From: Prochlorotrichaceae cyanobacterium CTOTU29312
Lineage (GTDB): Bacteria; Cyanobacteriota; Cyanobacteriia; Prochlorotrichales; Prochlorotrichaceae
DNA: 33,953 nt
Reading direction: 5' to 3'
Assembly (NCBI GenBank): GCA_031971595.1
Contig: DALYGI010000002.1
Span: 1-33,953 of the forward strand
Shown: positions 27,597-33,953 of the stretch, piece by piece
Position numbering within the stretch: position 1 is the stretch's first letter
Layout: every line of letters starts with the position of its first letter
Position numbers and translations under genes: made by a program
The notes under the pieces: generated by a model
What the model was told of the DNA's origin: nothing
The model's database searches: none
The model's input: only the letters and a program-made list of their open reading frames with translations

Positions 27597-28013
27597 TCAT
27601 TCGGGCTGGGGTGAGCAAATCCGCCCAGGCAGTCTAGGGCTGGAGCGACGGAACTCCGAGAGGTATTCTTCCAGTTCCACCAGACCGGCCAAATGCAGAC
27701 GATAGTAGATCCAGCGGCCTTCCTGACGCGATCGGACTAGGCCTGCCTGTTTTAAGGTTTTGAGATGGAAGGAGAGTTTAGATTGGGTGACGTTTAAACG
27801 ATCGCAGAGGTCACACACACACAGTTCTTCTTCCTTGAGGAGTTCAAGAACCTGCACCCGGATGGGCTCCGAAAGGGCTTTGAACAGGGTCGCAATGGAC
27901 AGAGGGGAAGGGATGCCTGGACTATCCCGAAGCGCTGACAGGGTTGTATTGGTTTCCATGGGAAGATCAGGGTTAGCAGCGATCGATTTTGCCACTCTAG
28001 TACCCCGATGCAC
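27597..28013 (-). CDS. arsR: ArsR/SmtB-family metalloregulator
   Basis: LLKEEELCVCDLCDRLNVTQSKLSFHLKTLKQAGLVRSRQEGRWIYYRL shows the CVC metalloid site and a winged HTH. A likelier start is METNTT at 27959. Confidence 0.85.
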   Translation of the reverse strand: MHRGTRVAKSIAANPDLPMETNTTLSALRDSPGIPSPLSIATLFKALSEPIRVQVLELLKEEELCVCDLCDRLNVTQSKLSFHLKTLKQAGLVRSRQEGRWIYYRLHLAGLVELEEYLSEFRRSSPRLPGRICSPQPE

Positions 28014-28096
28014 AACATTCTACTCATCAACAGCCAACCCACCCCTAGCCCCTCCGAGGAGGGGAACCGGAATGAACTTCTCTCTAGGTGGTGAGT

Positions 28097-28987
28097 TTAG
28101 GAGGGTTTCGCTACCTTTACGTTACGGGCTAAACCTAACAGTTCCAAACTCTTAATAAGCATCCAGGTCACATCAATTTCCCACCACTGCAATCCATGAC
28201 GGGCAGAATATTGAAACGCATGGTGATTATTGTGCCAACCTTCGCCGTAGGTCACTAGGGCAACCCACCAGCAGTTGGTCGATTTATCGTCGGTTTCATG
28301 ACTGCGATAGCCAAATTTGTGAGTTGCACTGTTAACAAACCAAGTGCAGTGATAAACCACCACTAACCGTACAAAAATCCCCCAGATCACAAAACTCCAC
28401 CCCCCCAGCAGGTACAGCACTACGCCCAGGGGAACTTGCATCGCTAAGAAATAACGTTCGCAAAACTGATATACGGGATCTTCGCTGAGATCTTTAGTGA
28501 AGCGGGGAATCTCAGTCTTAGCAGGCACGTCAAAAAATAACCAACCGATGTGGCTCCACCAGAATCCTTTGTTTGAATCGTGGTGATCGTTGGGTTGATC
28601 GGAATAGAGGTGGTGATGGCGGTGTAAACCAATCCAGGAAATAGGCCCCATTTGGCAGGCTAGGCTACCGCACAGGACAAAAAAGTATTCTAACCACAGG
28701 GGAACTTGGAAACTCCGATGGGCAATGAGGCGGTGCCAGCCCAGGGTAATGCCTAAGCATCCCGTGATAAAATGTAAAGCCAGGGTAATGCCGATCGCTT
28801 GCCAGCTAAAAAATTGAGGCAGGAGGGCCAGTAAGGCAATCAGGTGAACGCCAACCATGAACAGGAGGGTTTCCCAACTGATGGGAAGTTTTTCCGAAGT
28901 AGTCGCAACAGTCATAAAATCGGGTATGGATCGGTATGATGGTAAGTATGACGCAATAGGGGGAATCCTTGCTTGCCTCCTAAGCAT
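28097..28987 (-). CDS. desC: acyl-lipid delta-9 fatty acid desaturase
   Basis: Three histidine boxes: HRLIAHRSF, HRHHHLYSD and HNNHHAF. Possible internal start MTVATTSEK at 28915. Confidence 0.9.
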   Translation of the reverse strand: MLRRQARIPPIASYLPSYRSIPDFMTVATTSEKLPISWETLLFMVGVHLIALLALLPQFFSWQAIGITLALHFITGCLGITLGWHRLIAHRSFQVPLWLEYFFVLCGSLACQMGPISWIGLHRHHHLYSDQPNDHHDSNKGFWWSHIGWLFFDVPAKTEIPRFTKDLSEDPVYQFCERYFLAMQVPLGVVLYLLGGWSFVIWGIFVRLVVVYHCTWFVNSATHKFGYRSHETDDKSTNCWWVALVTYGEGWHNNHHAFQYSARHGLQWWEIDVTWMLIKSLELLGLARNVKVAKPS

Positions 28988-29054
28988 AACCTACTACCGA
29001 GCGTCAATCCAAATTCTACAATTTTTAAACTTTCATTTAAGATTTTCCTGACCT

Positions 29055-30602
29055 ATGCCTAATTCATTAACCCTTAAACCTGGAATGTCCTTAGGCAATG
29101 GGCGTTATGTCCTCGATCGCTTACTGAAACAAGGACGATCGAGCTTGACTCTACAGGGAACCCAGGTTTCTAATGGCCGATCGCTGCTGTTTAAGTTTCC
29201 CCTTCAGGATCAGGGACTCTTGACCGCCCATCAGCAACGTTTTCAGCATATTTGGCAGCGCGTTGGCCATTTTCAGCATCCCTACGTGCAGCAAACGGTA
29301 GACTACCTAGAGGAGCAAGGCATTCCCTGCTTAGTGTTAGAGCCCATTGGGGGAAAATCTTTGGCGCACCTGGTTACCCAGCCTTTGCCAGAGGCCACCG
29401 CCCTCCGGTTACTGTTTCAAATGGCCCAGGGAGTCCAACAACTCCACGATCGGGGGGTCATTCACGGGGATCTCAAACCCCAGAATTTGATTCAACACCC
29501 CCAGAGCAAAACGATCGTGGTGGTGGATTGGGGACTGTATTGGCAGGGCTGGAATAGTCAACTGTCTCCCTATAGTGCCCCGGAACCCTTTACCCCCCAA
29601 GAATTGCGGGTCAATTTAGATGTCTACAGCCTAGCGGCCTGTCTTTATACGCTGGTCACTGGCCATCCCCCCATTGCCGCTGCCCAGCAGGGTACAACCC
29701 CCTTGGTTCCGCCCCAGCAGCTAATTCCTAGTCTCAGCCCCATGACTCAGGATGCCATTTTGCAGGGCATGAACCTCAACCCCGATCGCCGTCCCAAGAG
29801 CGTGCAAGCCTGGTTAACCTTGCTGCCCCAGCCCTACGCTCCAGCGGCTCAATTGCCCAATCTTCAGGCCCCAGTCCCTTCTGGATCTGCTTCCCCCCAG
29901 GCGGCCAACCCCGTCAACGGAAACGCACCTCAACCCAATTCCCAAGCCATCCCCCAACCCCCAGTCAAGACCGTACAAACCCAGGTTGCCCCCGGATCCT
30001 CTAATTCCAGATCTGCTCCTTCCAGATCCGTTACTCCCGGAGCCCTGCGCCCCCTGCTCACGGGTCTGTGGGTCATGACGATCGCCGGGGTGTTTGGTTT
30101 TGCCCTAGGTGGACTGCTACGGTGGCAACAGACCCAAAATGCCTTTGCCCCACCCTTTTTAGAAAAATCCCAATCTTTTCCCAGCAAAACCTGGCCGGGA
30201 ACCCTAGATCTGGCCTTTCCAGATGATGCCCCATTACCGGAGACGGATTATGCCAGTGATAGCTATGAACCCTATCTAGACTGGTCACCCACCGTTCCCC
30301 AAGAAGAGGCCATTTATCCCACCGATTCCACGGATTCCTTAGATTCAACGGATTCTCCAGATTTGTTTGCGCCGGATCCATCCCTAGCTGTGCCGGAAGA
30401 GGGAAGCACGGAGGAGGGCAATATCGATCCATCCGAACCGATCGCGGATCCCTCAGAGCCCCTAGGCAATTCCCCTGCTTTGGAAGATTCTTTTGAAGAT
30501 CCTTTATATATTCCTTCTGAGGAGCCAGCCCCAGCGGAAGAGCCCCCGGTTGTGGCCCCTGCGGATAGCTCTGCTGCCCACCACCGTCAGAGATCCCCCT
30601 AG
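29055..30602 (+). CDS. Ser/Thr protein kinase with TM segment and acidic, proline-rich tail
   Basis: Catalytic loop HGDLKPQNL, DWG (in place of DFG), SAPE, and DRRP late in the kinase domain. TM segment LLTGLWVMTIAGVFGFALGGLL. Confidence 0.85.
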   Translation: MPNSLTLKPGMSLGNGRYVLDRLLKQGRSSLTLQGTQVSNGRSLLFKFPLQDQGLLTAHQQRFQHIWQRVGHFQHPYVQQTVDYLEEQGIPCLVLEPIGGKSLAHLVTQPLPEATALRLLFQMAQGVQQLHDRGVIHGDLKPQNLIQHPQSKTIVVVDWGLYWQGWNSQLSPYSAPEPFTPQELRVNLDVYSLAACLYTLVTGHPPIAAAQQGTTPLVPPQQLIPSLSPMTQDAILQGMNLNPDRRPKSVQAWLTLLPQPYAPAAQLPNLQAPVPSGSASPQAANPVNGNAPQPNSQAIPQPPVKTVQTQVAPGSSNSRSAPSRSVTPGALRPLLTGLWVMTIAGVFGFALGGLLRWQQTQNAFAPPFLEKSQSFPSKTWPGTLDLAFPDDAPLPETDYASDSYEPYLDWSPTVPQEEAIYPTDSTDSLDSTDSPDLFAPDPSLAVPEEGSTEEGNIDPSEPIADPSEPLGNSPALEDSFEDPLYIPSEEPAPAEEPPVVAPADSSAAHHRQRSP

Positions 30603-30639
30603 AGAATTAGGGGATTTAGTTCTTCCCCTTAGTTCATAT

Positions 30640-31608
30640 TTACCGGTGTGACCCTGCTCTACCGCCACCGCCACAGTAGAGAACGAGCAAGCTCAAAATC
30701 CCCAGGCCGATCGGATATTTGAGGAGATCGGGAATCCCCGGATTTGGGGACAAAAACCCCTCGATCGCTCCCGCAATAAACAACAGGGGCACAATGCCGT
30801 AGACCAACTGGGCCGCCTTGAGTCCGTACACATTGAGAGCATCCCCCCGGCGGTAGCGTCCCGGAAAGAGAATGCCCCTGGCAATTAACAGCCCTGCGCC
30901 CCCGGATAAAAAGATCGCCGGAAGCTCCAACGCACCGTGGGGCCAGACAAACGCCCAGAAGGGAAAGGCCAGATGATTTTGACTAATCAAACAGCCGATG
31001 GCCCCTAAAAAGACTCCATTGAGAAAGAGAACATAGGTACTGAATAGCCCCAGGGTGACCCCACCGCCAATGACCTTAAAGGAAACCCCCAGGTTATTGA
31101 TCATAATATTGGTCGAAGCTAGGGGTTCATTGCCCAAAATTGACCCCATCCACAACTCCCCCTCATCCCGCACTAAGGTTACCAAGTCCCCCGGCACCAC
31201 CAATTCCAAAAAAGTCGGATCCTGCCAAGAGAGCCACCAGCTAATCCCCGCCCCTAGCCCAAAAATGAGCGTTGCTAAAGCCGTATACACCCACGTTTCC
31301 TGAACGATCGCCGGGAACCCCTCCCGATAAAAAGCCCAGAGTTTAGCCCATTCCTGACGACGATCGCCCTGGTAGATTTGCCCATAGGATCGCACAATTA
31401 AAGTCTGTAAATTTTGGGTGAGCACCTGTCCCACCTGATGGGTACGGGCACGAGACAGATCCGCCGTAGTCGATCGATAGAGGCTAGCAAACTCCTTCAC
31501 CTCCGCCACCGATAGACTGCCCAACCCCTGCCGTTCCGATCGCTCAAGCAGATGCTCTAACCGTCGCCAAGCCACCTCTCGCCGGGCAATCCATCGCTTA
31601 ATGTTCAT
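30640..31608 (-). CDS. SpoIIM-like (DUF95) integral membrane protein
   Basis: N-terminal helical region (W..L..LL...ELKEFASLYR...DLSRA) followed by multiple TM segments, typical of this family. Confidence 0.65.
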   Translation of the reverse strand: MNIKRWIARREVAWRRLEHLLERSERQGLGSLSVAEVKEFASLYRSTTADLSRARTHQVGQVLTQNLQTLIVRSYGQIYQGDRRQEWAKLWAFYREGFPAIVQETWVYTALATLIFGLGAGISWWLSWQDPTFLELVVPGDLVTLVRDEGELWMGSILGNEPLASTNIMINNLGVSFKVIGGGVTLGLFSTYVLFLNGVFLGAIGCLISQNHLAFPFWAFVWPHGALELPAIFLSGGAGLLIARGILFPGRYRRGDALNVYGLKAAQLVYGIVPLLFIAGAIEGFLSPNPGIPDLLKYPIGLGILSLLVLYCGGGGRAGSHR

Positions 31609-31741
31609 AAGATCCCTTCAGCGTCACCTGGCTCACTTACCTAAATCACAAATAACTTAATAACTCGTTGCATTGTACAGCGATCGTTTCTTGCTATGAT
31701 GGGGGCCACCGCATCTCGGAGCATCAATCTCGGAGCATTCT

Positions 31742-32584
31742 ATGGTTTTTAATGCGACTGAACTCCTCATCACCGCCTTTGTCAATGAACTCAAACAGGG
31801 CTACCGTAAAACCTATGGTGGGTACCGTCCCGACTACGAAGATATAATCGGTTGGGTCGGCTCTATGGCCTTAGAAAATATTGCCAATAGTGATGCCCTC
31901 TATCACAACGTAGAGCATACAATCCTGGTCACCCTAGTGGGTCAAGAAATCCTGCGGGGTAAGCATATTCGTGAAGGCGGCGTAACCACCGAAGATTGGC
32001 TACATTTTATTGTCTCTTTAGTGTGTCACGACATTGGCTATGTGAAAAAAGTTTGTCGGCTCGATCGGGATGGGCTTTACGCCACCGGCCAAGACGGCAA
32101 AATGGTTCCCCTGCCCCCCGGTGCCACGGATGCAGCCCTCACCCCCTACCACGTCGATCGGGCTAAACTGTTTGTGGATGAGCGGTTTAAGGCTAACAGT
32201 TTTATTAATGTAGAAATTGTTAAGAAAAACATTGAACTGACCCGCTTCCCCGTGCCCTCGGTGGAAGATCATCAAGATACCAACCATTACCCTGGCTTAC
32301 TGAGAGCTTCAGATTTAATTGGCCAATTGAGCGACCCTCGTTACCTCAAAAAAATTGCCGCTCTCTTCTATGAATTTGAAGAAACCGGGGTGAATAAACA
32401 CCTCAATTATCAAAACCCGGAAGATCTACGCAATAACTATCCCAAATTCTATTGGCATGGGGTGTATCCCTATGTGCGGGATGCCTTAAATTATCTGGCC
32501 CTTACCCAACAGGGTAAACAAATTATTGCCAACCTCTATTCCAATGTCTTCATGGTGGAGCATATTGACTTCACCAATGTGTAG
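31742..32584 (+). CDS. HD-domain metal-dependent phosphohydrolase
   Basis: H...HD signature: YHNVEHTILV ... SLVCHDIGY. Confidence 0.7.
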   Translation: MVFNATELLITAFVNELKQGYRKTYGGYRPDYEDIIGWVGSMALENIANSDALYHNVEHTILVTLVGQEILRGKHIREGGVTTEDWLHFIVSLVCHDIGYVKKVCRLDRDGLYATGQDGKMVPLPPGATDAALTPYHVDRAKLFVDERFKANSFINVEIVKKNIELTRFPVPSVEDHQDTNHYPGLLRASDLIGQLSDPRYLKKIAALFYEFEETGVNKHLNYQNPEDLRNNYPKFYWHGVYPYVRDALNYLALTQQGKQIIANLYSNVFMVEHIDFTNV

Positions 32585-32625
32585 GCTGTTTAGTCCTGTT
32601 GAAATCAATCCCCTAACTTTCTTCC

Positions 32626-33297
32626 TTAGGTAGAAGGGGGAGGATTTGTCATAGGTACAAAGCGCACGGGAATAGTGGCCATTGTCCGCATTCCCGTATT
32701 CGTTTTTTCAATCACCATCAGCATCTGTTCCCGATCGCCCACAGGGATGACTAAACGCCCTTGGGGCGCTAACTGATCCAAGAGATCCGGGGGAATTTCC
32801 AAGGGAGCAGCGGTCACCAAAATGGCATCAAAAGGCGCAGCGAGAGGGCAGCCCTCATAGCCATTCCCTTCAAAAAGATGAACCGGGTGCAGATGCTGAT
32901 CCGGTGGCAGATCCTGATCATCCTTCAGGGCTTCAAGGGTCTGCCGAGCCCGCTGGGCAAGTTCAGGCACCACTTCAATGGAATACACCGCCCGAACCAG
33001 AAGACTCAGAATGGCGGTTTGATAGCCCGATCCAGTGCCAATTTCTAAAACCTTGTGTTGGGGAGACAAATTGGCCGCCTGAGTCATAAAAGCAACCACA
33101 TAGGGCTGGGAAATGGTTTGTTGAAAGCCAATGGGCAAAGCGGTATCTTGATAGGCATAAGGAATCTGATCCGCTGGGACAAAGTGATGGCGGGGAACCG
33201 TCAGAAAGGCCTGTAAAATTCTGGAATCTCGAATTCCCCTGGCCTGGATTTGTTCAGTCACCATTTTTTGACGCTGAAGAGCAAATAGTCCATACAT
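32626..33297 (-). CDS. pcm: protein-L-isoaspartate O-methyltransferase
   Basis: VPRHHFVP, TISQPYVVAFM and SAM motif VLEIGTGSGYQTAIL. Confidence 0.9.
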   Translation of the reverse strand: MYGLFALQRQKMVTEQIQARGIRDSRILQAFLTVPRHHFVPADQIPYAYQDTALPIGFQQTISQPYVVAFMTQAANLSPQHKVLEIGTGSGYQTAILSLLVRAVYSIEVVPELAQRARQTLEALKDDQDLPPDQHLHPVHLFEGNGYEGCPLAAPFDAILVTAAPLEIPPDLLDQLAPQGRLVIPVGDREQMLMVIEKTNTGMRTMATIPVRFVPMTNPPPST

Positions 33298-33476
33298 AAG
33301 CGTACCCTTGGGTGATGAGGATTCTGGGTCTGGTACACTAAGGCACAGATTAATCTACTATTAGAGGTGTAACCCCTACACGCTAAATTTTCCTATGTCT
33401 AGGCTTGCACCTGCATCGAGCATTTTAATAAGACTGTGGCCAAACCGTTTAAATGGACTTCTACCTCAGTGTACTA

Positions 33477-33542
33477 GATCCCCGGTTTCTGTTGGTTTTA
33501 TTCAGAGATTGTTGGACTACGTTGGAGAAGAAACCGGGGATC
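33477..33542. mobile_element. 66-bp MITE-like palindromic element, unit 1
   Basis: Perfect 14-bp terminal inverted repeats: GATCCCCGGTTTCT (33477-33490) and AGAAACCGGGGATC (33529-33542). Confidence 0.6.
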
Positions 33543-33564
33543 AAAACGATCGCTTTTAGTCTTA

Positions 33565-33629
33565 GATCCCCGGTTTCTTCTCGATTCAAAGCCAAGATTG
33601 AACAACGAAGATTAGAGAAACCGGGGATC
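33565..33629. mobile_element. 65-bp MITE-like palindromic element, unit 2
   Basis: The same perfect termini at 33565-33578 and 33616-33629. Confidence 0.6.
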
Positions 33630-33791
33630 TCGGTGCAATACCAACCAGACCAAGGTAAGGCATTAGCTGCTTAACAATGGTAGTTAAACTTTCGTCAAAC
33701 CTATGCCTCATTGTACTAGTGCCTCGTCCCATTACCTTTAGTTCTCCCTCTATTTCTTATTGTAAGCGCAACTTAAATCTTAAAGTGACAA

Positions 33792-33863
33792 GATCTGCGA
33801 TTTCTTGTAGAACGAAGTTCAATCTCTTGATGCGGTGTCCCCTCTCCCCAGAAACCAGGGATC
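33792..33863. mobile_element. degenerate third unit of the same element family
   Basis: GATCTGCGATTTCT (33792-33805, 11/14 match) and AGAAACCAGGGATC (33850-33863, 13/14 match). Confidence 0.35.
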
Positions 33864-33872
33864 TGACGTATT

Positions 33873-33953
33873 AAAACTCAAAACTCAAAACTCAAAATTC
33901 AAAACTCAAAATTCAAAACTCAAAATTCAAAACTCAAAATTCAAAACTCAAAA
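33873..33953. repeat. heptamer tandem array AAAACTC/AAAATTC (more than 11 units, truncated by the window end)
   Basis: Direct reading. It is the reverse complement of the GAGTTTT arrays at 22.2-23.3 kb. Confidence 0.95.

Noticed and set aside
33477-33629. Regularly spaced 14-mers (33477, 33529, 33565, 33616) that could be mistaken for a small CRISPR array.
   Set aside because: Successive copies alternate in orientation, so they are inverted-repeat pairs. The 14-bp repeats are too short, there are only two units, and there are no cas genes. The pattern fits hairpin/MITE-like elements instead.

Overview
The window looks like a cyanobacterial chromosome segment. CGATCG (the core of the HIP1 palindrome) is very frequent, and the gene content fits: DesC desaturase, a pentapeptide-repeat protein, and DUF4359/DUF4079-like membrane proteins. 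Most genes are ordinary housekeeping: clpS, a MidA/NDUFAF7-like methyltransferase, a Ski2-like helicase, a transketolase-like enzyme, cutA, folP, ppk, desC, a Ser/Thr kinase, a SpoIIM-like protein, an HD hydrolase and pcm. An arsenic-resistance cluster is also present (arsR ... acr3-arsH-arsC). Two segments stand out by eye as AT-rich and nearly free of CGATCG. Island 1 (about 3060-7800) holds a minimal RNA ligase, a partly duplicated brnT-fragment/brnA antitoxin module, and a cytosine-5 methyltransferase with an unrecognised downstream partner that is probably a restriction enzyme. Island 2 (about 25.6-27.5 kb) holds two overlapping orphan ORFs of 145 and 409 aa. They lie on the opposite strand between arsR and acr3, next to a shredded pseudogene and a repeat-bearing leader. 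Island 2 is my best candidate for an undescribed two-gene system, but I cannot assign it a function from sequence alone. Other notable items are a TacA/TacT toxin-antitoxin pair and a PEP-synthase-like gene invaded by 15-nt repeats, with its frame broken inside a G tract containing a 29-G run. There is also a family of about 65-bp palindromic MITE-like elements, short heptamer arrays in many intergenic spacers, and two decayed FGE-sulfatase-type gene remnants. I found no rRNA, tRNA or CRISPR array.
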